This document shows, one piece after another, positions 26,496 through 35,682 of a stretch of DNA of 64,000 nt (positions are counted from its first letter, which is position 1; each line of letters opens with the position of its first letter). Below the pieces are notes generated by a model that ran no database searches, had not been told where the DNA came from, and worked only from the letters and a program-made list of their open reading frames with translations. Made by a program: the position numbers and the translations under genes. The stretch spans positions 5,633 through 69,632 of the forward strand of contig JBFMEU010000002.1 in the NCBI GenBank assembly GCA_040753155.1. The letters are read 5' to 3'. This stretch comes from Bacillota bacterium. GTDB taxonomy: Bacteria; Bacillota; Desulfotomaculia; Desulfotomaculales; JBFMEU01.

Positions 26496-27238
26496 GCGGG
26501 CCGGTGGCTGAAATAAAGGAGGTCTCCTTTAGCTTCGGAACCCGGCCGGTGCTGGAAAACGTCAGCCTGAAGATCGAGGCGGGGGACTTCTTGCTGCTCA
26601 TCGGACCCAACGGATCCGGCAAAACCACCCTGCTAAAAATAATGCTGGGCCTGATAAAGCCCTGGCAGGGGCGGGTGTGCCTGTTTGGCCGGGAGCTGGG
26701 TTCATTCCGGGACTGGTACCGGGTGGGCTATGTTTCCCAAAAGGCCACTGGGTTTGACGCCCGTTTTCCCGCCACGGCGGAAGAAGTGGTTCTGGCGGGG
26801 CGCATTGCCAGGTCCGGCCTGGGCCGCCGCCTGGGGGCCGGGGACCGGGAGGCCGCCCTGGAGGCCCTGCGGGTGGTGGGTATGGAAGACTGCCGAAACG
26901 CCCTGATTGGAAATCTGTCCGGCGGGCAGCAGCAACGGGTGTTCATTGCCCGGGCATTGGCCGGGAACCCCGAACTGCTGGTGCTGGATGAGCCTTCCGC
27001 CGGCCTGGACAGCCGGGCCATGGATTCTTTTTATGCCATGCTGGGCAAACTTAACCAGGCAGGTATTACCGTGGTTACCGTCTCCCACGATATTGGCGCG
27101 GTACCCGGCGAGGTTAACCGGGTGGCCTGCGTAAACCGCCGCCTGGTCTGCCACGGCTCTCCGGCCAGAGTTTTAACGCCGGAGAATCTGGCCAGCCTTT
27201 ACGGCATGCCGGTAAGTGTTATCTCACACCGCCATTAG
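26492..27238 (+). CDS. znuC: Zinc ABC transporter ATP-binding protein
   Basis: Walker A GPNGSGKTT, signature LSGGQQQR, Walker B LLVLDEP. Confidence 0.9.
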   Translation: MSGPVAEIKEVSFSFGTRPVLENVSLKIEAGDFLLLIGPNGSGKTTLLKIMLGLIKPWQGRVCLFGRELGSFRDWYRVGYVSQKATGFDARFPATAEEVVLAGRIARSGLGRRLGAGDREAALEALRVVGMEDCRNALIGNLSGGQQQRVFIARALAGNPELLVLDEPSAGLDSRAMDSFYAMLGKLNQAGITVVTVSHDIGAVPGEVNRVACVNRRLVCHGSPARVLTPENLASLYGMPVSVISHRH

Positions 27239-27252
27239 GCGTGTAAAGCCAG

Positions 27253-28131
27253 GTGGATTACATGTTTGAGTACGAGTTTATGGTCCGGGCCATGCTTGCC
27301 GGCCTGGTGGCCGGCATAATTTGCCCCGCGGTAGGGGTTTTCGTGGTTATGCGGCGCTATTCCTTTATGGCCGATACCCTGGCCCATGTTTCCCTGGCCG
27401 GGGTGGCGGCGGGCGCCCTGCTGGGCGTATATCCCGCCGTTACCACCCTTGGCTTTGCCATGGCCGCCGCCACAGTCATTGAGAAGCTGCGCTCCGGGCC
27501 AAGGCTGTACGGCGAGGCCGTGCTGGCGCTGATGATGAGCGGCGGTCTGGCCCTGGCCGTGGTGCTGATCAGCCTGTCCCGGGGCATGAGCATTGACATC
27601 TTCGGCTATCTTTTTGGCAGCGTCCTTACCGTCGGCCCGGGTGACCTGTGGCTGATCGCCGGCCTGGGCTGCGCTGTTCTGGCCGTGATAATATTATTCT
27701 ACAAGGAGCTCTACTACATATCCTTTGATGAAGAGGCAGCCCGGGTGGCCGGCCTGCCGGTGGATCGTTTGAATTTTATCTTTGTGCTGCTGGTGGCGGT
27801 TACCGTGGCGGTCTCCATGCGCATTGTGGGGACCCTGCTGGTCAGCGCCCTGATGGTGATTCCCGTGCTCACCGCCCTGCTGGTGGCCGGCAGCTTCCGC
27901 AGCGCCTTCATAACCGCCGTATTCCTGGGAGTGGTATCAGTTGCCCTGGGGCTTACCGGCTCATACTACCTGGGCATTGCCGCCGGCGGCGCCGTAGTCC
28001 TTACCGCCCTGGTCTTTTTCGTCCTTACCCTGAGCGGCAAACAGCTGCGCCAGGCCTGGCAGCGCCGCCTGTTGGCCCCGGGCGCCCCGAAAAAGGTGAA
28101 AGAGGAACTGGTAACAGGGGATGGCTCTTGA
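27253..28131 (+). CDS. znuB: Zinc ABC transporter permease
   Basis: 292 aa, polytopic, ABC-3 family pattern (FDEEAARVAGLPV). Confidence 0.88.
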   Translation: MDYMFEYEFMVRAMLAGLVAGIICPAVGVFVVMRRYSFMADTLAHVSLAGVAAGALLGVYPAVTTLGFAMAAATVIEKLRSGPRLYGEAVLALMMSGGLALAVVLISLSRGMSIDIFGYLFGSVLTVGPGDLWLIAGLGCAVLAVIILFYKELYYISFDEEAARVAGLPVDRLNFIFVLLVAVTVAVSMRIVGTLLVSALMVIPVLTALLVAGSFRSAFITAVFLGVVSVALGLTGSYYLGIAAGGAVVLTALVFFVLTLSGKQLRQAWQRRLLAPGAPKKVKEELVTGDGS

Positions 28132-28191
28132 GTCAAGGGGGACGGTTCCTGGCGACTCACGTGAGTCGCCAGGAACCGTCCCCCTTGACTC
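28130..28191. repeat. D palindrome D3 (perfect 31+31 nt), overlapping the znuB stop codon
   Basis: gagtcaagggggacggttcctggcgactcac|gtgagtcgccaggaaccgtcccccttgactc. Confidence 0.95.
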
Positions 28192-28206
28192 AAAACGGAG
28201 GTGGAC

Positions 28207-29280
28207 ATGCTGAAAACCGAGTGCTGGAAAGTGGACCCGGCCAGGCCGGACCCCGGGGTAATTGAGCGGGCCGGCCTTATTTTGCGCCGGGGGGGCCTGG
28301 TGGCCTTTCCCACAGAAACAGTTTACGGTCTGGGGGCCAGCGCCCTGGATGCCCGGGCGGTCCGGGCCATCTACGAGGCCAAGGGCCGCCCGGCGGATAA
28401 TCCGCTGATTGTACACGTAGCCCGGGCGGCTGACCTGGATAAACTGGTGGATAAAGTGCCTGAAACTGCCCGGGCGCTGGCGCGGGAGTTCTGGCCGGGG
28501 CCGCTGACCCTGGTGCTGGCCGGCGGGCGCGGCCTGCCCGGGGAAATTTCCGCCGGCCTGGGTACTGTGGCGGTGCGCGTGCCCGCCCACCCGGTGGCCC
28601 TGGCCCTGATTGCTGCGGCCCGGGCGCCGGTGGCCGCTCCGAGCGCCAACCTTTCGGGACGCCCCAGCCCCACCACCGCCGGGCATGTTTTAACCGACCT
28701 GGGCGGGCGCATCCCCCTGGTCCTGGATGGCGGGCCGGCGGGAATGGGCCTGGAGTCCACAGTGCTGGACCTTTCGGGGCCGCATCCGGTGGTGCTCAGG
28801 CCCGGCGGGGTTACACCGGCCCGGCTGGAGCGGGTTATCGGGCCGGTGCTGGTGGACCCGGGGGCACTGGGGCTGCCAGAGGAGGGCGCCGGCGATCGGG
28901 AGAGTGAACCGCCCCGCTCCCCGGGCATGAAATACACCCACTATGCCCCCGCCGCACCCCTGGTGCTGGTGGAGGGGGAACAGGCGGCAGTGGCCGGGCG
29001 CATTCGGCAACTGGCCGGGGAATACCTTGAGCGCGGCCTGCGGGTGGGCATCCTGGCCTGCGCCGAGACCGCCGGCGTTTACGAAACCGGCCCGGTGCTG
29101 GTGGCCGGCAGCCGCCGTGACCCGGCAGCCGTGGCGTCCGCCCTTTACCGCCTGCTGCGGGAATTCGACGGCCTGTCCGTTGACGTTATCCTGGCCGAGG
29201 GCATTGAGCCCGGCGGCCTGGGCCTGGCGGTAATGAACAGGCTGCGCCGGGCCGCCGGCGGCCGCGTGATCAGGGTCTAG
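28207..29280 (+). CDS. tsaC: L-threonylcarbamoyladenylate synthase (Sua5/YwlC type, with C-terminal Sua5 domain)
   Basis: GGLVAFPTETVYGLGA...SANLSGRPSPTT. SD ggagg precedes ATG 28207; the ORF track starts at GTG 28201. Confidence 0.9.
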   Translation: MLKTECWKVDPARPDPGVIERAGLILRRGGLVAFPTETVYGLGASALDARAVRAIYEAKGRPADNPLIVHVARAADLDKLVDKVPETARALAREFWPGPLTLVLAGGRGLPGEISAGLGTVAVRVPAHPVALALIAAARAPVAAPSANLSGRPSPTTAGHVLTDLGGRIPLVLDGGPAGMGLESTVLDLSGPHPVVLRPGGVTPARLERVIGPVLVDPGALGLPEEGAGDRESEPPRSPGMKYTHYAPAAPLVLVEGEQAAVAGRIRQLAGEYLERGLRVGILACAETAGVYETGPVLVAGSRRDPAAVASALYRLLREFDGLSVDVILAEGIEPGGLGLAVMNRLRRAAGGRVIRV

Positions 29281-29388
29281 GCAGACAAGGGGGTGGTAGC
29301 GGCCACGACGCAGATATTACGAGCAGCGACTACGCACGGGTACCCGAAGAAGCCGTGGGGATTCATCCCCGGCGGAATGTCACGTTCT

Positions 29389-29736
29389 TTAGACTACTTC
29401 CTTTTTGAGCATAAATATTTCCATTTCTTGCTTTCCAATCTTCCCTATGAAAAACTCTGCCTGAGAATCAATCTTACTTTCAACCCTGGCTTGACCGGCT
29501 TCAAGTCTTGTAACACTGCCTTTAAGCTGGTCAACATCTTCACTAAGTTTAACAACCATACTCCGTGGTACTTTTGTGTGTTCCTCCAGGCCGCTGAATA
29601 GCAGATATAATCCTTTTTGCCCTGCTTCCAAGCCTTTTTGCCCATTTTCCAGGCCTTTTTGCCCGGCTTCTAGATTTTCAATACGTCTATTCAATTGTTG
29701 AAGCTCAGACAGTATTTGTTTTAGTATTTCGTCCAT
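29389..29736 (-). CDS. Coiled-coil protein with GQKGLE repeats, low-GC cassette
   Basis: LEAGQKGLENGQKGLEAGQKGL; 115 aa. Opposite strand to its neighbours. Confidence 0.5.
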   Translation of the reverse strand: MDEILKQILSELQQLNRRIENLEAGQKGLENGQKGLEAGQKGLYLLFSGLEEHTKVPRSMVVKLSEDVDQLKGSVTRLEAGQARVESKIDSQAEFFIGKIGKQEMEIFMLKKEVV

Positions 29737-29827
29737 ATGGTTCCCCTCCTGGAAAATATTTTATTACGCCATCTCGTAATTGTCGAGGGACCAGACAAGG
29801 GGGCAGAAAACCTGCCCTGCATGTATT

Positions 29828-29856
29828 TCATTTAATGGTTCAAGTTGTGGTATAAT
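29828..29856 (+). promoter_or_regulatory. Extended -10 promoter upstream of mntP
   Basis: TGgTATAAT at 29848-29856; weak -35. Confidence 0.4.
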
Positions 29857-29979
29857 ACCAGCAACTATTCATGATTAAGTCTTACTTCCCCCGAATGGGA
29901 ATAAAATGGTAAAAGGATGGGTCCGGGCGACCCGTCCGAATCGCAACTGCGATCTTGCGCAGGGTGTGGGGGCTTTGGC

Positions 29980-30522
29980 GTGACCCTGGGAACTCTTATG
30001 GCATTGGCGGTGGCGCTGGGTACCGATGCCTTTTCCATGTGCCTCGGCATTGGCATGACCAGTGTTGTGCGCCGGCAAATAATTATTATCAGCCTCACCG
30101 TGCTGGCTTTTCACATAGCGATGCCCCTGATTGGCTGGTACATCGGAGAGTTGGTGGGCAGTCTGCTGGGGCGGGCCGCCGCTATTGCCGGTGCGCTGTT
30201 GTTGATTTACCTGGGCATCCGCATGATCAGATCCTACTGGCGCCCCGACGACCATGACCAATTCAAGATTTTGCTTTTGAACTCCTGGGGCCTGCTGGTT
30301 CTGGGGGCCAGCGTAAGCATGGACGCCCTCAGTGTGGGCTTTACCCTGGGGACCAGGCAGGCGGACCTGTTGATGACGGCCCTGGTGATTGGCGTGGTGG
30401 CCGGGCTGATGACTCTGGCCGGACTATTACTGGGACGTTACGTGGGCCGCCGCACCGGGGAAAAGGCTGTGCTGCTGGGGGGCGTAATCCTGGCGGTTAT
30501 CGGCATTAGATTGTTTTTTTGA
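29980..30522 (+). CDS. mntP: Manganese efflux pump MntP
   Basis: LGTDAFSMCLGIGM and SMDALSVGFTLG repeats. GTG 29980 gives a typical ~180 aa protein; the ORF is open from 29917. Confidence 0.85.
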   Translation: MTLGTLMALAVALGTDAFSMCLGIGMTSVVRRQIIIISLTVLAFHIAMPLIGWYIGELVGSLLGRAAAIAGALLLIYLGIRMIRSYWRPDDHDQFKILLLNSWGLLVLGASVSMDALSVGFTLGTRQADLLMTALVIGVVAGLMTLAGLLLGRYVGRRTGEKAVLLGGVILAVIGIRLFF

Positions 30523-30544
30523 GTAAATCGGAGGAGGTTTTGGC

Positions 30545-31033
30545 TTGGAGCCCGATATTCTTTTTGTCTGCACCGGCAACACCTGCCGCAGCCCCATGGC
30601 CGAGGCCATGGCCCGGAGCATTTTTTCCGGGCGGGGAGCAGCTGTTAAGGTGATGTCGGCCGGGACGGACGCGCGGCCGCCTGGGGAGCCGGCCGCGCCC
30701 CAGGCCGTAAAGGTTATGGGGGACTTGAGTTTGGACCTGTCAGGCCACCGGGCCCGGCAACTGGATCCGGCGCTGGCCATAGGCGCCGGCCTGATTTTGA
30801 CCATGACCCGCCGGCAGCGGGATAATCTGCGCTCAGATGTCCCTGCGGCGCGCGCCAAGGTGTTTTCCCTGGCGGAATACAGCGGCTGTGGCGCCGATGT
30901 GTCCGACCCCTTCGGCGGCTCTGAAGAATTATACCGGCGTTGCGCCGGGGAGTTGAAATTTATGGTGACCAGGGCCCTGGAGCGGTATCTGGGCAACCCC
31001 GAAGGACTGGAAAAACAAGAAAATTTGTATTAA
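30545..31033 (+). CDS. ywlE: Low-molecular-weight protein phosphatase (YwlE-like arginine/tyrosine phosphatase)
   Basis: ILFVCTGNTCRSPMAEA (CX5R P-loop) and a DP motif. Confidence 0.85.
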   Translation: MEPDILFVCTGNTCRSPMAEAMARSIFSGRGAAVKVMSAGTDARPPGEPAAPQAVKVMGDLSLDLSGHRARQLDPALAIGAGLILTMTRRQRDNLRSDVPAARAKVFSLAEYSGCGADVSDPFGGSEELYRRCAGELKFMVTRALERYLGNPEGLEKQENLY

Positions 31034-31099
31034 CTGGAGGAAACCCGCGGTTTGTGTAGAACTGAATTCCGTAGGGATTTGGAACAACAACTCCGGCGT

Positions 31100-31246
31100 C
31101 TTACAGGCTGTACGAAGATAAAGAAGACTTGGTTCAGGGGGGGGTTTAACCCATACGTTGGGGACATTCCTCCGAAGGAGGTGTGTCTCCTATCCGCTAA
31201 ACCTTAGTCGCACTTATTTCGAGTTTACAGCTTGTACGAAGATAAA
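31100..31246 (+). repeat. C element copy C3 (module 1 bounded by two copies of the 23-nt end sequence)
   Basis: cttacaggctgtacgaagataaa-gaagacttggttcag...GGGGACAttcctccgaaggaggtgTGTCTCC...tcgcacttatttcgag-tttacagcttgtacgaagataaa. Confidence 0.85.
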
Positions 31247-31275
31247 ATCATGACAGCAGAAGGAAGGGTTCAGGC

Positions 31276-31722
31276 TTGCGCGTGGCTGTGGGCAGTGATC
31301 ACGGTGGTTTCCAGCTGAAAAAAGAAATCATCGACTATTTAAAAGAAAAAGGTTTTGCTTACCAGGACTTTGGCACGTTTTCCGAAGAGTCGGTAGACTA
31401 CCCGGATTTTGCCCGGGCGGTGGCCCTGGCGGTAAAAAGCGGCGAATGCCGGCTGGGGGTTCTGTGCTGCGGCACCGGGATCGGGGTGGCCATCGCCGCC
31501 AATAAGATTCCGGGTATCCGGGCGGCCCAGTGCCACGACACATTTTCAGCCCGGATGGCCCGGGAGCATAACCATGCCAATATAATGACCATGGGCCAGA
31601 GGGTGATCGGCCCGGGGCTGGCCAGGGACATTCTGGAGTCCTGGCTGGCCGCCAAAGAAGCAGACGGCAGACATGCCCGCCGGGTGGACAAGATCTCCGC
31701 CCTGGAGGCGCGCACCTGTTAG
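31276..31722 (+). CDS. rpiB: Ribose-5-phosphate isomerase B
   Basis: VAVGSDHGGFQLKKEI...GVLCCGTGIGVAIAANK. Confidence 0.92.
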   Translation: MRVAVGSDHGGFQLKKEIIDYLKEKGFAYQDFGTFSEESVDYPDFARAVALAVKSGECRLGVLCCGTGIGVAIAANKIPGIRAAQCHDTFSARMAREHNHANIMTMGQRVIGPGLARDILESWLAAKEADGRHARRVDKISALEARTC

Positions 31723-31781
31723 AATAAAAGATTAACGCAGCAATGCCAAGGGGCCGCGCCCCGGGAGGGAGAGAAGTACAC

Positions 31782-33026
31782 ATGAATCAAATGCAAAAGC
31801 TGGCCGACACAGATCCGGACATCTATGCCGCCATTGAACAGGAACTGGGGCGCCAGCGCAACACCCTAGAACTCATTGCCTCGGAAAATATTGTCAGCCG
31901 GGCGGTTATGGAAGCTCAGGGCTCCCTTCTGACCAACAAATATGCCGAGGGCTACCCCGGAAAGCGGTATTACGGCGGCTGTGAACATATGGACGTGGTG
32001 GAGAGGCTGGCCATTGAGCGGGCTAAAAAGCTGTTTGACGCCGGTTATGTAAACGTCCAGGCCCACTCCGGCGCCCAGGCCAACCTGTCGGTATACTTTA
32101 CCCTGCTTGATCCCGGCGACACCATTCTAGGCATGAATTTGGCCCACGGCGGTCACTTGACCCACGGCAGTCCCCTGAACATCTCCGGCAAATGGTTCAA
32201 GGTTGCCTTTTACGGGGTGGAGGAGGAAACCGGCCGCATCAATTATGAAAAACTTTTCCAGGCGGCCTATGAGGCCAGGCCCAAAATCATTGTGGGGGGC
32301 GCCAGCGCCTACCCCAGGGAAATCGACTTTTACAAAATGAAAGAAATAGCCGATGAAGTGGGGGCTTACCTGTTCATCGACATGGCCCACATTGCCGGCC
32401 TGGTGGCGGCGGGCCTGCATAACAGTCCGGTACCCCATGCCGATATGGTGACCACCACCACCCATAAAACCTTGCGGGGCCCCCGGGGGGGCATGATTAT
32501 ATGCAAGGAGAAATACGGGCCGGCCCTGGATAAGGCAGTCTTCCCCGGCATTCAGGGGGGGCCGCTGATGCACGTTATAGCCGCCAAGGCCGTGGCCTTT
32601 GGGGAGGCCCTGCGGCCGGACTTCAAGGAGTACCAGCGGCAGGTGGTGAATAATGCCAAAGCCCTGGCCGCCGCCTTGCAGGAATACGGCTTCAACCTTG
32701 TTTCCGGCGGCACCGACAACCACCTGATTTTGGTGGACCTGCGCAATAAGAACGTCACCGGGCGGGAGGCTGAAAACATTCTGGAAGAGGTGGGTGCCAC
32801 CGTCAACAAAAACGCCATCCCCTATGACCCCCGGCCGCCCCTGGTTTCCAGCGGCATCCGCATCGGCGCCTCGGCGGTGACCACCCGGGGCCTGGCGGAG
32901 GAAGACATGCGGCAGGTGGCCACCATTATCCATTACGCCCTGAGTTTCAACGGTGACGAAAACTACCGCCGCCGGGCCAAGGGCCTGGCCGCAGAGCTGT
33001 GCAAAAAATATCCGCTCTACGAATAA
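31782..33026 (+). CDS. glyA: Serine hydroxymethyltransferase
   Basis: [20 protein letters not shown]...[14 protein letters not shown] (PLP lysine). ATG 31782; the ORF track starts at 31743. Confidence 0.95.
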   Translation: MNQMQKLADTDPDIYAAIEQELGRQRNTLELIASENIVSRAVMEAQGSLLTNKYAEGYPGKRYYGGCEHMDVVERLAIERAKKLFDAGYVNVQAHSGAQANLSVYFTLLDPGDTILGMNLAHGGHLTHGSPLNISGKWFKVAFYGVEEETGRINYEKLFQAAYEARPKIIVGGASAYPREIDFYKMKEIADEVGAYLFIDMAHIAGLVAAGLHNSPVPHADMVTTTTHKTLRGPRGGMIICKEKYGPALDKAVFPGIQGGPLMHVIAAKAVAFGEALRPDFKEYQRQVVNNAKALAAALQEYGFNLVSGGTDNHLILVDLRNKNVTGREAENILEEVGATVNKNAIPYDPRPPLVSSGIRIGASAVTTRGLAEEDMRQVATIIHYALSFNGDENYRRRAKGLAAELCKKYPLYE

Positions 33027-33073
33027 ACTTTTGCCCCGACCAAACTGCTGACAGTCTCTGGATCGGGGCTATT

Positions 33074-33721
33074 TTACGTGAAGTGTTGAAAAAGTGCTTT
33101 GTCATATTTCTGGGTTGTACTCAAAATGTAGATGTCATAATAATTTCTTGGGCGTGTGCTGAATATGCTACGGTTTAGAATCGTCTCGACTTTCTCTGCC
33201 ATAACTGTTTCAATATTGTAGCCCCAGAGACGGATACGGACAGATTCGTCAAAAATACCGCTGAATTCATAGGGAACAGCGGACGGCGTCATCACATCCC
33301 CGGCAGAAATATCAATGGAAAGCGGCGTTACGATAGTGTCATACACGGCATTCATTCTCACACGAAATCCGCCGTAGCGGTCATCCTTACGGATGGGGAT
33401 GACGGAGACGACATTAAATTTCACATCATCATTTAAGTTAATACTGCAGATGCTTTGAACCGCTTGTGTTATCTGCCCTTCCGTCAGGGGCAGATCGCGC
33501 AGCGTAGCGTCCAGATCCATGGTCGAGCGGGTATCCAAACCCACGATGGCCGCAACAAGCATTCCGCCCTTAATTATGAATTTTTCCTGATATTCTGATT
33601 TGGACAGACGCTCCAAAAAGCGTTCGAACATGTAGTTCTGCAAAACTACCTGAGCCGCAATGTTATTCTATTTTGCATAGCGGTTGATGCGACCTTTCAG
33701 GCTTATGGCCTTGGAACTCAT
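33074..33721 (-). pseudogene. AbiEii/AbiGii-family nucleotidyltransferase toxin, with premature in-frame TAG and probably C-terminally short; no AbiEi partner
   Basis: MSSKAISLKGRINRYAK*NNIAAQVVLQNYMFERFLERLSKSEYQEKFIIKGGML... The TAG is at 33668-33670. An A element abuts the start codon. Confidence 0.7.
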
Positions 33722-33732
33722 AGTAGTACATC

Positions 33733-33850
33733 TCCGCCCTAAGACCCCCGCCTCTGTAGGCGGCGGGTTTCAAAGGGCGGTTAAGTCCAGTATGAACTCG
33801 GCTAACATTCAAAGGGGGTTGAATCCCCCTCTGAATGAAGTCTCGTTCAA
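33733..33850 (+). mobile_element. A element copy A5 (5'-truncated); contains the stop codon of the MCP gene
   Basis: ccgccctaagacccccgcctctgtaggcggcgggtttcaaagggcggttaagtccagtatgaactcggctaacattcaaagggggttgaatccccctctgaatgaagtctcgttcaa. Confidence 0.8.
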
Positions 33851-35457
33851 GAACTTACACGAAACCTGTCTATCTGGCTTTTAATGCTGCCGGCCAGATT
33901 GTCAAGCTCTCCGGCCAGTGAAGATAACATATCCACCGAGCAAACGTAGTCCGGTACGGTCTTCGCTCCCCCGGTCCCCGTAAGAGTCTCTACGGTCGCC
34001 GCCACTTCTTTTATGCCTTTTTTGATATGCCCGGAGGCATCGGCTATTTCATTTATTCTTTCGCCGGTGTCCTTTATTCCGCCGTATATTTCCTTGATCA
34101 AAAACCTTGCCTCGTCCGCCGCCCCCGACCCTTCCCGGGCTACCTCGTAACCTCTTTCCAGTATTATTTTAACATTTTCACTTTCTTTTAAGACTAGCTG
34201 TGCTATTCCGGCGATCTCCCCGCTGGCTGCGGACGACTGGCCGGCCAGTTTCCTCACCTCTTCGGCCACCACAGTGAATCCCAGTCCGTTTTCTCCGGCC
34301 CTTGCCGCCTCTATGGACGCGTTTAACGCCAGAAGGTTGGTCTGGCTGGCTATGGTTTTCACCTGTTCCACTATTTCGAAAACCGTTCTGATGAGGCTGT
34401 GCAGATTATTAATAGATCTGACGCCCTCAATGGTCAGATCGTGACTTTCGTTCATCTTGTTCATAAGCTTCTCCAGTCGAATCCTGCTTTTTTCGGATAT
34501 ATCCATCAGATTTTGACTGGATGCATCTGTCTCTTCTATGCTGTCTGATATTTTTCCGATGGATTCTTCCATCTTTTTCACTGCCCAGCCGGTATCCCTC
34601 ATAAGATAAGTCTGTCTCTCGGCCACCTGGCCAAGCTGCCGGCTGGTGTCGGTCAGCGTGCTGACCGTTGTCTGGGATCCCTTAATAAGGGTTTCCAGTC
34701 CGGAAAGCATTTTATTTAGGCTTCCGCCGATCTTTTCCATCTCGTTGCCGGCGTTTTTATCCTCCACCCTTGTTGAAAGGTCACCCCCACCGGCCCTGTT
34801 CATAACGGCAATCAGGTTTTCCAGAGGCCCGGCCATCCTCCTGGCGCCCAGGCAGCAAATCATAAATGCCGCAAGCACGGAACTTATGCCGACAAGAAAA
34901 GAAATGTGCCTCAGCCGGTAAACCGGATCAAGGTAATCATCCTCCGCCAAGCCTACAACGTAAAGCCAGTTTTTAGCCGGAATGACTTCATAAGCTATGG
35001 TGTTTTTACCGTCGCCGGTGTCTTTGCTGAAAAGGCCGTCTTTATTATTAAATAGATCCCTTATTTCCTCTTTGGTCAGTTGGATTTCCATACCTTCGGA
35101 CAGCATGACACTGCCATCCATGTCGTAAACTTGAATGCCGGCCCGTATGTTTTTATCCCGGAAACCATTGTTTTCATTATTGATATATACCTGCGCGTAA
35201 TTCAATAGCTGTCTGCTGTCGTAGGTATTTGCCATCATGGCAATATTTTCTCCGGCATGCTTGGCCGAGACCGCTATTCTTTCCTCCATTAACTCTTTCA
35301 GGTTTTGCTTGCCCGTGTTGTAAACCGCGAATCCCAGGCTGCCAACCGCTGTCACTATCACGAGAGTGAAAAGCGCAAGCAGTTTATACTGTATTCCCAG
35401 TTTATGCCATGATAGAAAAAGAGAAACTTTCCGGCCGAATGTTTTAATTCTTTGCAC
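33847..35457 (-). CDS. Methyl-accepting chemotaxis protein (N-terminal TM, extracellular sensor, HAMP, signalling domain)
   Basis: ASQTNLLALNASIEAARAGENGLGFTVVAEEVRKLA is the highly conserved MCP hairpin tip. 536 aa. Confidence 0.9.
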   Translation of the reverse strand: MQRIKTFGRKVSLFLSWHKLGIQYKLLALFTLVIVTAVGSLGFAVYNTGKQNLKELMEERIAVSAKHAGENIAMMANTYDSRQLLNYAQVYINNENNGFRDKNIRAGIQVYDMDGSVMLSEGMEIQLTKEEIRDLFNNKDGLFSKDTGDGKNTIAYEVIPAKNWLYVVGLAEDDYLDPVYRLRHISFLVGISSVLAAFMICCLGARRMAGPLENLIAVMNRAGGGDLSTRVEDKNAGNEMEKIGGSLNKMLSGLETLIKGSQTTVSTLTDTSRQLGQVAERQTYLMRDTGWAVKKMEESIGKISDSIEETDASSQNLMDISEKSRIRLEKLMNKMNESHDLTIEGVRSINNLHSLIRTVFEIVEQVKTIASQTNLLALNASIEAARAGENGLGFTVVAEEVRKLAGQSSAASGEIAGIAQLVLKESENVKIILERGYEVAREGSGAADEARFLIKEIYGGIKDTGERINEIADASGHIKKGIKEVAATVETLTGTGGAKTVPDYVCSVDMLSSLAGELDNLAGSIKSQIDRFRVSS

Positions 35458-35682
35458 CTATTACCACCCCGCTGACTCCTGAGTAGTTGCGTTTTTTCTA
35501 AGTTGTTATTAAAAAAACCGGCTGTTGCCGGAATTAAAAGGGAGAAGGGATATCTTGCGCGAGTTCTCATTAAATAAAGCCTTTGTATCGAAGACTTTAT
35601 TTAATCACTGCTATAATAACGAATTGTTTTTAAGCTGCAATTAAGGTTTATCATAATATTGGTTAAGGAAGTGTAAAATTTT

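Noticed and set aside
29857-29979. yybP-ykoY (Mn2+) riboswitch in the mntP leader
   Set aside because: The position is right for such a riboswitch, but I could not find the conserved GGGGAGUAG / CUUGAC-type cores in the 120-nt leader. I cannot support the call without a covariance search.
31100-31246. 23-nt direct repeats (cttacaggctgtgcgaagataaa) separated by ~100-nt 'spacers' considered as a CRISPR-like or TIGR-like guide array
   Set aside because: There are only two repeats per locus. The sequences between them are themselves conserved among loci (modules of the C element) rather than unique, and there are no associated effector genes.
33668-33670. In-frame TAG in the AbiEii gene considered as pyrrolysine
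   Set aside because: The gene lacks its antitoxin and appears truncated, and there are no pyl genes in the window. A pseudogene is more parsimonious. The check is listed under findings.
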